The notes beneath the pieces were generated by a model. The model was not told the origin of the DNA. It was given only the letters and a program-made list of their open reading frames with translations, and ran no database searches. From contig OY760074.1 of the NCBI GenBank assembly GCA_963663035.1, positions 1,248,001-1,312,000 on the forward strand: a stretch of 64,000 bases of DNA. The letters run 5' to 3'. Both the position numbers and the translations under genes were made by a program. This stretch comes from Acidobacteriota bacterium (lineage in GTDB: Bacteria > Acidobacteriota > UBA6911 > RPQK01 > JADFOI01). Every line of letters starts with the position of its first letter. Within the stretch, counting starts at the first letter, position 1. Positions 36,453-46,458 of this stretch are shown piece after piece.

Positions 36453-39008
36453 CTACCTCCTGAGAGTGGCGTAATAAAGGCTGTTGAAGAGAAACTTATA
36501 GGTTCCTCGCGTTTGAGCTCGAAACTGGGTTCGAAAACCGATCAAGATCAACCTTCCCTTCTCCAGCCTAAACTCGGCCAAGGCCGTTTTGTCCGCCAGA
36601 TGTTCTTCACCGTTGATCCAGCCGCTCAAGAGTAAATCTTCAGAGCTGTACTGGACTACCGGCAGTCCTCGGGACAAGAGAAAGGCAGGAGAGGAATCGA
36701 ACATGACCGCCGCTTCTTCCATCATCCCATAACCAATCGGATGACGGTTATTCACCTTTACACGTAAGAGAGAGCCGGGAGCGAAAAATTCCCGCGAGCT
36801 CACCCCTTCAGTGGGATCGGAGGCCCCCAGTTGCCATTTTAGAAGCGGTAATCGGGTGGCTTCTCCCAGAAACAGAAGAGTGCCCCCGGATGCGGCAAAT
36901 TGCTTCAAACGGGCCACTCCCACCGCCCCCAGGCCACCCCGATATTGCTCCGGGTAGGGGTAGGCTAAGCCCTGCTCTATCTGCCCCGGATCTTGATGGG
37001 GAATGACGATGACATCGAAATTGGATAGATCACCTTCTCGAATCTCTTGGTCGAAAAGACTGTGATAAGGAAATTCGTAACGCTCCAGGATCCAGCGCGT
37101 CCACCCTTCATCCATCGCACCATGGAAGCTTTGGTAGAGGCCGATCCTGGGCTGGTGAATTTGTTGCCAGGCTAATACCGGCCGTTTCTTCACGCGCCGA
37201 ACCTTAACGGGCAGGCCCTCCAGCAGTTCTTGAAATTGTGTTGCATTTTCTTCGAATCTGACCATGAGCGTTCCCACAGGGAAGCCTTCTCCCTCGGCTC
37301 GGAAGCCGTTCGGTGCCCAGGATACCGAATGACCGTTTTTCAGGAGACGGTTCACCAGACGGGCAAAGGCGTTGTTGGTGTGGGAAAACAACCAGTAGAC
37401 ACCTTCTCCCTGGATTTGACCCGCAGGAATCTTTATCTCATCCATTTCCTGGAGGGGTGCCTGGAAAGGCTCCTGGACCTGATAGGTCTCAACTCCCAGC
37501 TGAATTCCCAGCGTCTGTGCAGTGACATCAAAAGGGCGCCTGAGTGGCTCACCCGGATTCTGCCGTAAATCTGGATAATGCTGGATTTCCAGTAGTGTCT
37601 TGGCAAAGGCCCCATAGGGCTGCTGCAGCAAAATCACGTAACTTCCAGCCGGAAATTCTCGGCGATCCTGGCTGCCAAGGGGAGCCGAGACAAGTCGGGA
37701 TGAGCTGACCTGGAAGGGTTCCTCCGCTCGTTGGATCTCCACTTCTCCCAAGTCCAATACATGAAGGAGGTCATGCAGAGCCTGGGGATCGCGCTGATCA
37801 GGAGGCACGACAAACGCATAGGGCGCACTTCTCTGGATGGCTTGAACTCCCACCTGGTAAAAATTTTGCAGCCAGGACTTCCGATGGCGAGCTCCATGAA
37901 GCAGTGCGGCCCTCAAAGCCACCTTCTGGTAGTCGACAATATTGCGAAGCCGCCAGAGCCCGCCCGGCCAGGGAACGGGAAAGTTCCAGCTGGGTCGGTG
38001 GGCATTGTAGTTTCTGCCAGAGCGAAGCTCTTCCCTTCTCACAATGGTGGGTGTTGCCAGACGGGCACTGGCCGTCTCAAGAAGGATTCGGACGCCAGCG
38101 TGATAGTGTTGATAAGCGCGAGCCGGAGTATAGGCGTCATACATGGCCTGGGTCACGATCCCTTCCTTACCTGCGCCGATTAAGGCCGAAAACAGATTTC
38201 CTCCAAGTGCCACGATCTCGGCCCGTAAGATCGGATCGACATTGGGATCGATGGGATCGATGAAGGGAGGCACAAACATGCGCGGGCCGTAACGACCCAT
38301 CTCATGCACATCGACGACGATTTGCGGATGCCAGACATTGTGAATCTTCTCAATGGCTAAACGTGTTTCCTTCTGTGTGAACATGTACCAGTCTCGGTTG
38401 TTGTCGTGTCCCACATAGGTGTTGTAAAGCTGGGGTGGAGGGGAGCCTTCCGCAGGCGTTCCCAATGTCTGTTTGTACCAGTGATTCACAATGTTCACGC
38501 CATCGGGATTCAAGGAGGGCACCAGGAGGAAAATGACGTTCTGGAGGATCTCCTGAGTGTCAGGATCCTCTCCTCGAGCCAGATCATAAGCCATTTCCAT
38601 GGACATTTGAGCCGAAGCCACTTCGGTGGAGTGAATGGCGCAGGTGGCCAGCACGATGGTCTTGCCCCGCTCAATCAGGTCCTGGGGGTTGGCAGTCAGT
38701 TTGCGGGGATCAGCCAAGAACTCCTGGGTCTCTTGAAAAGCTGCCAGATTGGCCAGTGTGGCAGGATCGGAGATCACCACCAGAAGGAAAGGGTTCTCCT
38801 GGGTCGTCTGCCCCAGTTCCACCACCATTACCCTGTCACTGTTCTGGTCCAGTGCCTTAAAATACCCTTCAATCTCTTGCCAGTCGGCCAGCTTGCGATC
38901 CGCTCCCACCTGAAACCCCAGAAACGCTTCGGGCGATGGGATGTCTTCTCCCCACACCGGGAGAACCAGACTGATGAAAATCAGGGCCAAAAGAGTGCTG
39001 TCTCTCAT
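36453..39008 (-). CDS. Exported M14-family zinc carboxypeptidase
   Basis: IHSTE, NPDG, DNNRD, DVHEMG; C-terminal class I GATase-like region. Confidence 0.88.
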   Translation of the reverse strand: MRDSTLLALIFISLVLPVWGEDIPSPEAFLGFQVGADRKLADWQEIEGYFKALDQNSDRVMVVELGQTTQENPFLLVVISDPATLANLAAFQETQEFLADPRKLTANPQDLIERGKTIVLATCAIHSTEVASAQMSMEMAYDLARGEDPDTQEILQNVIFLLVPSLNPDGVNIVNHWYKQTLGTPAEGSPPPQLYNTYVGHDNNRDWYMFTQKETRLAIEKIHNVWHPQIVVDVHEMGRYGPRMFVPPFIDPIDPNVDPILRAEIVALGGNLFSALIGAGKEGIVTQAMYDAYTPARAYQHYHAGVRILLETASARLATPTIVRREELRSGRNYNAHRPSWNFPVPWPGGLWRLRNIVDYQKVALRAALLHGARHRKSWLQNFYQVGVQAIQRSAPYAFVVPPDQRDPQALHDLLHVLDLGEVEIQRAEEPFQVSSSRLVSAPLGSQDRREFPAGSYVILLQQPYGAFAKTLLEIQHYPDLRQNPGEPLRRPFDVTAQTLGIQLGVETYQVQEPFQAPLQEMDEIKIPAGQIQGEGVYWLFSHTNNAFARLVNRLLKNGHSVSWAPNGFRAEGEGFPVGTLMVRFEENATQFQELLEGLPVKVRRVKKRPVLAWQQIHQPRIGLYQSFHGAMDEGWTRWILERYEFPYHSLFDQEIREGDLSNFDVIVIPHQDPGQIEQGLAYPYPEQYRGGLGAVGVARLKQFAASGGTLLFLGEATRLPLLKWQLGASDPTEGVSSREFFAPGSLLRVKVNNRHPIGYGMMEEAAVMFDSSPAFLLSRGLPVVQYSSEDLLLSGWINGEEHLADKTALAEFRLEKGRLILIGFRTQFRAQTRGTYKFLFNSLYYATLRR

Positions 39009-40183
39009 TGCTTTTCCGTCGGCTCTTGGATTACCTGATAGAGCATAACACTACCCAAGAGAGTCAGGAGAGCCGCCCACCGGGTCACTCCCCTGTATCC
39101 CATCTGTGAGTATAGATATCCCGCCACCAAGACGGCAACGGAAATCCCCAGCTGTGAAAAAGTATTCCTCAAGGCTAGAAAGGAACCTCTCTGTTCCCTA
39201 TCGACCAGCTCGGTCTGCAGGGCTTGAAGGGCCGTCTGGCGGAAAGCGATGCAGAGACTGATGAGAAAAAAGAGCCCGATCAAGGGGCTCCCCCACTCCA
39301 GCCGATCCAACGCCAGCAGGGGGACAACAAGCAGGGTGTTGGCCACAAGAAATACTCTTCTTTTGGTGAAACGGTCGCTGATCCAACCTGAGACCGGGCT
39401 CCCCACGGCTGCCGCTACACCGGCCGTCACAAATAACCAGGAAATCTGAACCGGTCGAAGTCCAAAGCTCTGATCCAGGTAGTCGGAAATGAATGTCAGA
39501 AAGGCTAGAGTCGCACCCGAGATACAAAAAGAAACAGCCACTGCCGCTAGAGTCTCGCGCTGCAGAAGCAACCGAGGATACATGCCGAAATAAAACCGCA
39601 TGGAGCGGGGCGAAGAGAGGGTCTCTCGAGGAAGGAAGATAAGAGAACAGATGAGTAAGACAAATGCCAGTAAAGAAGAACCTAAAAAGATCGTTCTCCA
39701 GTTCCAGACCTGGGCCACCCATGCCGCCAGTGGCACCCCCAGGATCAGAGCCGCGAAGTAAGAACTCAGAACCACTCCCATGACGCGTCCACGGCGCTCA
39801 TAGGGAAAAAGATCTCCCACCAGACTGGCCGTGCAAGTGGCCAGCAGTCCGGCCATCAAACCGGTGCCCACCCTGAGCCAAAATAGCTGAGAGTATCCTT
39901 GAGATAAATAGGTTAAAACTGCTACTAAAGAAAAGAAAAATAGTCCTATTCGAAGAAAGATCAACCGACCAAAACGGTCTGATAGAGGACCCAGGCTAAG
40001 ACTGCACAGGGCGGCCGCCAGAGCGTAGCCGCTAAAGAGCCATCCCAGAGTTCTCATGGAAACATCCAACTCACGGCCCAGAATGGGCAAGAGGGGCATC
40101 AGCAGTTGATTGTCGACCGTGGCCAGAAACAAGACCCCGAAGAGAATGGCAATGATCACTCTCGAACCTCTAACTGTAGCCAT
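39005..40183 (-). CDS. MFS transporter
   Basis: 12 TM; GPLSDRFGR motif A. Confidence 0.9.
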   Translation of the reverse strand: MATVRGSRVIIAILFGVLFLATVDNQLLMPLLPILGRELDVSMRTLGWLFSGYALAAALCSLSLGPLSDRFGRLIFLRIGLFFFSLVAVLTYLSQGYSQLFWLRVGTGLMAGLLATCTASLVGDLFPYERRGRVMGVVLSSYFAALILGVPLAAWVAQVWNWRTIFLGSSLLAFVLLICSLIFLPRETLSSPRSMRFYFGMYPRLLLQRETLAAVAVSFCISGATLAFLTFISDYLDQSFGLRPVQISWLFVTAGVAAAVGSPVSGWISDRFTKRRVFLVANTLLVVPLLALDRLEWGSPLIGLFFLISLCIAFRQTALQALQTELVDREQRGSFLALRNTFSQLGISVAVLVAGYLYSQMGYRGVTRWAALLTLLGSVMLYQVIQEPTEKQ

Positions 40184-40262
40184 GAGTTCCCAGGTTTCAG
40201 CTTTAAAAACTTACCTCTGACTTCTGGATTATTTCTTTCTCCTGACTCCTGCCTCCTGACTC

Positions 40263-40991
40263 CTATCTTTTCGCATCAGAAGGGCGAACGTAATTGGCCT
40301 TCAGCTGCTGGGCGGACAGGGTCTTTTCCTGTAAAAAGCGCCGATAGGCAAGTTGGCACAGTGCTTCCAGCAGATGGTTGTCGGTCTGGAGCACTTGAGA
40401 ACCTGGATAGGCCTCCAGAATTATTTTCTTGTAGAGTTGGGCGCCATCCCCCACAAAGAGACAATCCCTTGCCGGGGCGTCTTTCAGCCACAGGGCGGGA
40501 GCCATGACTTGCTCCCTCTCTTCCAGCTCAATACGGGATTCTTGGATTCTGTATATGGCCCCGTAAATTTCGTGGCGACGGGCATCGATCATGGGCGCCA
40601 CTCGGGGGTGGAGCCGACCGAAACGGTAGGCCAGTGATTCGAGAGTAGAAACGCCTACAGCGGGTTTGTTCAGTCCCTGACAAAAGCCCTTGACCGTGGC
40701 CAGGCCCACACGCACGCCGGTAAAGGACCCCGGGCCGGTGGCAACGGCAAAGCAGTCCATCTCCTCTAGCTTCAGCCTGTGCTGCTCGAGCAGGAAATCC
40801 ACCAGGTAAAGGATTTTCTCTGCGTATTCAAGCGGTGTCTTGACCATCACCGAAGCGATCACCTCGCCGTTTCGGCTCAGGGCCGCGCCTCCACTGTTGG
40901 TTGCGGTATCGATGGCCAGGATGTGGATGGGGGCAGTCGAGGTCTCGTGCGTGGGAGGCACCTCAGGTGCCGAATTCTTGCTTTCTTGCAT
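40263..40991 (-). CDS. tsaB: tRNA t6A biosynthesis protein TsaB with N-terminal extension
   Basis: ILAIDTAT, GPGSFTGVRVG, IDARRHEIY. Confidence 0.92.
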   Translation of the reverse strand: MQESKNSAPEVPPTHETSTAPIHILAIDTATNSGGAALSRNGEVIASVMVKTPLEYAEKILYLVDFLLEQHRLKLEEMDCFAVATGPGSFTGVRVGLATVKGFCQGLNKPAVGVSTLESLAYRFGRLHPRVAPMIDARRHEIYGAIYRIQESRIELEEREQVMAPALWLKDAPARDCLFVGDGAQLYKKIILEAYPGSQVLQTDNHLLEALCQLAYRRFLQEKTLSAQQLKANYVRPSDAKR

Positions 40992-41050
40992 TCGTGAAAG
41001 GACCCATGCTAGCACGACATGAGGAAATCATGGGCCACGGATTCGGCACC

Positions 41051-41241
41051 TGAGGTGCCTCCCACCGTACACTGAGATGCCTCCCACCGTACACTGAGGT
41101 GTCTCCCACCGTACACTGAGGTGCCTCCCACCGTATACTGAGATGCCTCCCACCGTACACTGAGGTGCCTCCCACCGTACACTGAGGTGCCTCCCACTGT
41201 ACACTGAGGTGTCTCCCACCGTACACTGAGATGCCTCCCAC
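41051..41241. repeat. 22-bp tandem repeat (about 8.7 copies)
   Basis: Unit TGAGGTGCCTCCCACCGTACAC, contiguous, with single-base variants and no spacers. Confidence 0.95.
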
Positions 41242-41331
41242 TCACTACAGCACGACCATACAGAAAAATTCATACCCGCTTGTTAAAGTAGCAGAAAGCC
41301 AAGAGAGGCAGCGGGAGGGGCATTAGCAACG

Positions 41332-43824
41332 ATGAAAAACCTGAGTCCCATGATGCTCCAGTATCATGATATCAAGCTGAAACATCCCGGCATGCTGTTG
41401 TTTTTCCGCCTGGGCGATTTCTACGAGATGTTCTACGAAGATGCCGTCCTGGCCAGCCGCGAGTTGGAGATTACCCTCACCTCCCGCCATCGTGACCGGG
41501 CTGGCGAGGAGATTCCCATGTGCGGGATTCCCTATCATGCCCTCAACGGCTATCTGGCCCGGTTGATCAAGAAGGGGCACAAGGTGGCGATCTGTGAGCA
41601 GGCGGAAGACCCTCGTCTGGTAAAAGGGCTTGTTCGTCGCGAAGTCACCAGGATCGTGACACCCGGTACGGTCATTGAAGAGGGCGTCCTGGACTCGAGA
41701 GAGAACAATTTCATTGCCGGCCTTTTTGAGACAGAAGAGCGGGTGGGAGCTTCTTTTCTGGATCTTTCCACCGGAGAGTTCCTGCTCACCGAGTTTTCAG
41801 GAACCCAAGCCTGGCAGGAGATGCAGCAGGAACTCCTGCACTTCCGCCCCCGTGAGCTGATTCTGGCAGAGGCCGATCAAGAGAGAGTCGCAAGCCAGGT
41901 TCCTGCCCACCTGCAGCCCAGCGTGCTCAACACCGCTCAGTCCGACTGGACCTTCAATCTGGATTACTGCAGGCGAATCCTGCTGGAGCATTTCCATGTC
42001 TCCACTCTGGAAGGCTTTGGGCTCAACGGGCAAAAGGCCGCGATTTCTGCAGCGGGAGCCCTGCTTCACTATGTCAAGCATACCCAAAAGTCCCCACTGA
42101 CTCATATTACCCATCTGAGTCTTAGTGAACCCGTTGGTGTCCTGAAGCTGGACGACTCTACGGTGGAGAATCTCGAGCTGGTGAAGGGCTTTGACGGGAA
42201 CAAGCGATGGACTCTCCTGGCCATTCTGGACCTGACGAAAACGGCTATGGGAGCGCGTCTGCTTCGCTCCTGGATGCTGCGCCCAGGGCTGGACCTGACC
42301 CAGATCAACGAGCGCCTGGATGCCGTTCAGGAACTCTCTGAATCGGTGGTGGGAATGGATCGCCTGGGCAAGGTCCTACACAGTATTCATGATTTAGAGC
42401 GACTCCTGGGCCGAGTTACCATGGAGACGGCCAATGCCCGAGACCTGCTGGCTGTCAAGGAGTCTCTCGAGCAGCTTCCTGCGCTCTCTCAACTGCTTGA
42501 GGGCTACGGCAGTGGCTTGTTGTGTCCTGATCTGGATCTTCTTGAGGATCAGGTGCAATTGCTGGAACAAGCCATCGCCCAGGATCCTCCGGTGAGCTTG
42601 AATGAAGGAGGGATCATTCGAGCGGGTTTTCATTCAGAGTTGGATGAACTCCGCGAGATCACTCGTTCGGGGAAATCTTTCATTGCTCGTCTGGAAGCTC
42701 AGGAGCGTGAAAGGACTGCTATTCCTTCCCTCAAGGTGAAATACAACAGGGTCTTCGGCTATTTTATCGAGGTCACCAAGGCCCATCTGAATTCCGTACC
42801 CCAAGACTACATCCGCAAACAAACACTGGTTGGATCCGAGCGCTATATCACCCCGGAACTCAAAGAGTACGAGGAGAAGGTCCTCACGGCCCAAGAAAAG
42901 ATTGACGAGCTTGAGAAACGTCTGTTCGTAGAACTCCGCCAGCAGGTGGGTCAACAAGCCCCACGTATTCAACAGACGGCTCAGACTATTGCACGAGTCG
43001 ACTGCTTGTTGTCTCTGGCACAGGCAGCCAAGAAATATCGATACGTTCGGCCCCAGCTGGATGAGAGCCAGGATCTGGCTATTGAAGGGGGACGTCATCC
43101 GGTGGTTGAGCTGAAAAACAGCGAACCGTTTGTCCCCAACGATCTCTCTTGCCAGGCGACTCAGGATCAGCTCTTGATTCTCACCGGGCCCAATATGGGC
43201 GGAAAATCGACCTACCTTCGGCAAAATGCACTCATCGTGATCATGGCTCAGATGGGGTCCTTTGTTCCGGCTGATGCGGCTCGAGTCGGCCTGGTAGACC
43301 GGATTTTCACTCGTGTGGGTGCCAGCGACAATCTGGCCCAGGGGCGGTCCACCTTTATGGTGGAAATGATCGAGACGGCCAATATCCTCAATTCTGCCAC
43401 CAGGCGGAGTCTAATTCTGCTGGATGAGGTCGGGCGCGGGACGGCGACTTTTGACGGGTTGTCTATTGCCTGGTCGGTAGCAGAGTATCTGCTCACCCAG
43501 GAAGCTCGAAGGGCAAGAACAGTATTCGCGACCCATTATCACGAGTTGACCAAATTGGAGGTCCTTTACGAAGGTGCCAAGAACTATTGCGTCACCGTCC
43601 AGGAATCCGATCAGAAGATCGTTTTCTTTCACCGCGTGGTTCCAGGCGTGGCCAACAAGAGTTATGGAATCGAGGTGGCTCGCCTGGCCGGTTTGCCCCA
43701 GGGAGTCATTGGTCGAGCTCGAGAGATCCTTTCCCGCCTGGAGCGCAAGGAACTCAAGCTTTTGGGCCACTCACGTACCGTCGCTGCTGCCGTAACAGAC
43801 GAGCTGCAGCATAAACTGTTTTGA
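41332..43824 (+). CDS. mutS: DNA mismatch repair protein MutS
   Basis: FRLGDFYEMF, TGPNMGGKSTYLRQ, STFMVEM, DEVGRGT, FATHYHEL. Confidence 0.96.
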   Translation: MKNLSPMMLQYHDIKLKHPGMLLFFRLGDFYEMFYEDAVLASRELEITLTSRHRDRAGEEIPMCGIPYHALNGYLARLIKKGHKVAICEQAEDPRLVKGLVRREVTRIVTPGTVIEEGVLDSRENNFIAGLFETEERVGASFLDLSTGEFLLTEFSGTQAWQEMQQELLHFRPRELILAEADQERVASQVPAHLQPSVLNTAQSDWTFNLDYCRRILLEHFHVSTLEGFGLNGQKAAISAAGALLHYVKHTQKSPLTHITHLSLSEPVGVLKLDDSTVENLELVKGFDGNKRWTLLAILDLTKTAMGARLLRSWMLRPGLDLTQINERLDAVQELSESVVGMDRLGKVLHSIHDLERLLGRVTMETANARDLLAVKESLEQLPALSQLLEGYGSGLLCPDLDLLEDQVQLLEQAIAQDPPVSLNEGGIIRAGFHSELDELREITRSGKSFIARLEAQERERTAIPSLKVKYNRVFGYFIEVTKAHLNSVPQDYIRKQTLVGSERYITPELKEYEEKVLTAQEKIDELEKRLFVELRQQVGQQAPRIQQTAQTIARVDCLLSLAQAAKKYRYVRPQLDESQDLAIEGGRHPVVELKNSEPFVPNDLSCQATQDQLLILTGPNMGGKSTYLRQNALIVIMAQMGSFVPADAARVGLVDRIFTRVGASDNLAQGRSTFMVEMIETANILNSATRRSLILLDEVGRGTATFDGLSIAWSVAEYLLTQEARRARTVFATHYHELTKLEVLYEGAKNYCVTVQESDQKIVFFHRVVPGVANKSYGIEVARLAGLPQGVIGRAREILSRLERKELKLLGHSRTVAAAVTDELQHKLF

Positions 43825-45446
43825 GCTTTCTTCGTCGCTACTGGCTTTTGCTGCTTCTGGCGCTTCCTTTCTTTGTGGCTCTGGACGACTCGTCGCTCTG
43901 GGACAGCAATGAAGCCTTCTACGCCCAAACTCCGCGTGAGATGATCGAGCGGGGCGACTGGTCAGTTCCCTACTTCAACGGAAGACCCCGCCTGACCAAA
44001 CCTCCCCTTTCCTATTGGGTGGTGGGCCTTTTTTACCAAATCTTCTCGCCTTCGGTCTTCTGGGAGCGTTTTCCGCTGGCCCTGCTGGCCTATGGATCGG
44101 TTCTGGCTGTCTTTGTCAGCGGTAAGGGTCTCTATGACGAAGAGGTTGCTCTGTGGGCTGCTGGTATCTTTGCCACAACCTTCCGCTTTCTGATTCTGGG
44201 CCGCCGGCTGATGATTGACATCCTCCTGCTGTTTTGCCTGCTGTGGGCCATCACCTGTTTTCTTTCCTGGATGCGGTCGCACAAAAAGAGTCAGTTCATT
44301 CTGGCCAGCTTCTTGTTTGGCCTGGGGTTTTTAGCCAAAGGGCCCGTTGCCTTCCTTCCCCTCATCTTCCTGGGGTTCTATCTGTGGATCCGTGGTGAGA
44401 TTCATCAACTGCGTAAGGCTCCCTGGTTAAGCGGAGGGCTGATCTGCCTCTTCCTGTGCTCCTTCTGGTTCGTGCTTGTGAGCCTCGAGATGGGTTGGGA
44501 ACCCGTGCTGGACTTCATCTTCCGGGAAAATATCGATCGCTTCCTGTCTCTGAACCTGGGTCCACAGCGCGGGCCCTTTTATTATGTGGGGGTTTTTCTG
44601 GGCGATTTCTTCCCCTGGTCATTGCTTTTTCCGGCAGCAGTGACCTGGACCCTGCTCAATATGAACAAGAGCGCAGATGAAGGAGAAAACCGCCACTGGA
44701 TACTGCTGAGCCTTTGGATAGGAACCTATTTTCTCTTCTTCTCCTTTTCTCACAACAAGCAGGAATACTATATTTTGCCTCTCTATCCGGCAGCAGCGCT
44801 GTGGGTGGCCACTTACCTGAAGCGCGCTCGTCCCTCCACCCTCCTGACAGGAGGCGTGGGAGGCCTGATGATGGTCTTCATTCTGCTGCTTTTCTTGATC
44901 GGACAGGTCTTGTTTGAGGAGGCCGGACTGTGGATCCCCCTTCTTCTGATTCCTCTTGTGGTGTGGGGTCTTGTGGACCGCCGCTACAACCTCATGATAG
45001 CCGCATTGTCCCTGTTTTACTTTGCTTCTTTTGCGCTCTACTTGAGACCGTTGGAACAGTACAGACCTGTTTATCACTTCGCTCAGAGGATCCGGGAAAG
45101 CACCACTCAGGATGAGAGGACCTTAGACTTTCAAGCCGGGTACTACAAATTTTCGGCGCCGAGCCTGGCCTTTTATCTCGAGCAGCCCATTTTTGAGGTG
45201 TTCGATCCTCAAGCCGCTGTCGATCTTCTGGAGTCGGAAGTTGCAGTCTATATGATTGTCAGACCTGAGGATTATTCGGAACTGGTAGAGGCGACTGACC
45301 GTCCCCTGAAAATTGTAGAAGTGCGGCCAAACCTATATACTACGCCGCGTACTCTGATCGAAGGATTCCGCCGTGGCCAACTTGACAACCTCCGAGAAAG
45401 CTGGACACCTCCCATCTATCTCATCACAAACCGAAGAAGCGACTGA
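43821..45446 (+). CDS. ArnT/PMT-family membrane glycosyltransferase
   Basis: E..YA...REM...GDW.VP.FNG.PRL.KPPL.YW; KGP; K..YYILP.YP. Confidence 0.88.
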   Translation: MSFLRRYWLLLLLALPFFVALDDSSLWDSNEAFYAQTPREMIERGDWSVPYFNGRPRLTKPPLSYWVVGLFYQIFSPSVFWERFPLALLAYGSVLAVFVSGKGLYDEEVALWAAGIFATTFRFLILGRRLMIDILLLFCLLWAITCFLSWMRSHKKSQFILASFLFGLGFLAKGPVAFLPLIFLGFYLWIRGEIHQLRKAPWLSGGLICLFLCSFWFVLVSLEMGWEPVLDFIFRENIDRFLSLNLGPQRGPFYYVGVFLGDFFPWSLLFPAAVTWTLLNMNKSADEGENRHWILLSLWIGTYFLFFSFSHNKQEYYILPLYPAAALWVATYLKRARPSTLLTGGVGGLMMVFILLLFLIGQVLFEEAGLWIPLLLIPLVVWGLVDRRYNLMIAALSLFYFASFALYLRPLEQYRPVYHFAQRIRESTTQDERTLDFQAGYYKFSAPSLAFYLEQPIFEVFDPQAAVDLLESEVAVYMIVRPEDYSELVEATDRPLKIVEVRPNLYTTPRTLIEGFRRGQLDNLRESWTPPIYLITNRRSD

Positions 45447-46416
45447 GGCTGCACTGGAGCTCTCAATCATCATTCCGGTTTTCAATGAAGCCCAGACTCT
45501 TCAGCCGCTCTATGATCAACTCAAGTCAAGCCTTCAACCCTGGGAATCCAGCTGCGAAATCCTCTTCATCGATGATGGAAGTACCGATGGGAGCACCCAG
45601 GAGCTCCGGCGCCTGGCTGGATTGGACCCGAAGGTGCGGGTCCTGGAGTTCGTCCGCAACTTCGGACAAACCGCTGCCATTGCCGCCGGATTCGACCACG
45701 CCCGAGGGCAGATCATTATTCCTCTGGACGCGGATCTTCAAAATGACCCTCAGGATATTCCCCTTATTATGGAAAAGCTTGAGGAAGGTTACGATGTGGT
45801 CAACTGCTGGAGACAAGATCGGAAAGACCCCTGGCTGACCCGGATCTTTCCCTCTCGCCTGGCCAATCGATTGATCAGCTGGATTGGTGGCGTCCCTCTA
45901 CATGATTACGGCTGTACCTTGAAGGGCTATCGGCGGGATACGGTGAGGCACATTCGCCTCTACGGTGAGATGCATCGATTCATTCCCATCTTTGCCACCT
46001 GGGCTGGAGCCCGGGTGGCGGAAATCCCGGTCCGCCATCATCCTCGTCGTTTCGGACAGTCCAAGTACGGACTGCTCCGCACCGTGAAGGTACTCCTGGA
46101 CTTGATCACGGTGAAGTTTCTGGGAAGTTTCTCCACCAAACCCATGTATCTTTTCGGGGGTCTCGGTCTGCTCTCTTTTTTGGGAGGGGCAGTACTGAGT
46201 GGTGTGACCCTCTACCAGAAACTCTTTGAGGCTGTGAAGGCCCATCGCAATCCCCTGCTCTTGCTCTCCATCTTCCTCTTTACCGCTGGGCTCCAATTCA
46301 TCCTTTTTGGACTGGTGGCTGAGCTCATCGTGCGCACCTACCATGAATCACAGGATAAACCGACTTATCTTCTGAGGGGAAGGAGTCAGGAGGTAGGAGG
46401 CAGGAGGCAGGAGTAA
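45373..46416 (+). CDS. GT2 polyprenol-phosphate glycosyltransferase (ArnC-like)
   Basis: SIIIPVFNE, DDGSTDGS, RNFGQTAA, DADLQNDP; two C-terminal TMs; start uncertain. Confidence 0.9.
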   Translation: MANLTTSEKAGHLPSISSQTEEATEAALELSIIIPVFNEAQTLQPLYDQLKSSLQPWESSCEILFIDDGSTDGSTQELRRLAGLDPKVRVLEFVRNFGQTAAIAAGFDHARGQIIIPLDADLQNDPQDIPLIMEKLEEGYDVVNCWRQDRKDPWLTRIFPSRLANRLISWIGGVPLHDYGCTLKGYRRDTVRHIRLYGEMHRFIPIFATWAGARVAEIPVRHHPRRFGQSKYGLLRTVKVLLDLITVKFLGSFSTKPMYLFGGLGLLSFLGGAVLSGVTLYQKLFEAVKAHRNPLLLLSIFLFTAGLQFILFGLVAELIVRTYHESQDKPTYLLRGRSQEVGGRRQE

Positions 46417-46458
46417 GAGAGAATCCAGAGTCTTTCTGAAAGTTGAAACCTGGTATGC

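Noticed and set aside
41051-41241. Possible CRISPR array
   Set aside because: Units are contiguous 22-mers with no unique spacers, and there are no cas genes; it is a tandem repeat.
40963-41273. Three repetitive ORFs across the VNTR
   Set aside because: They result from a stop-free 22-bp repeat; no RBS or protein motifs.
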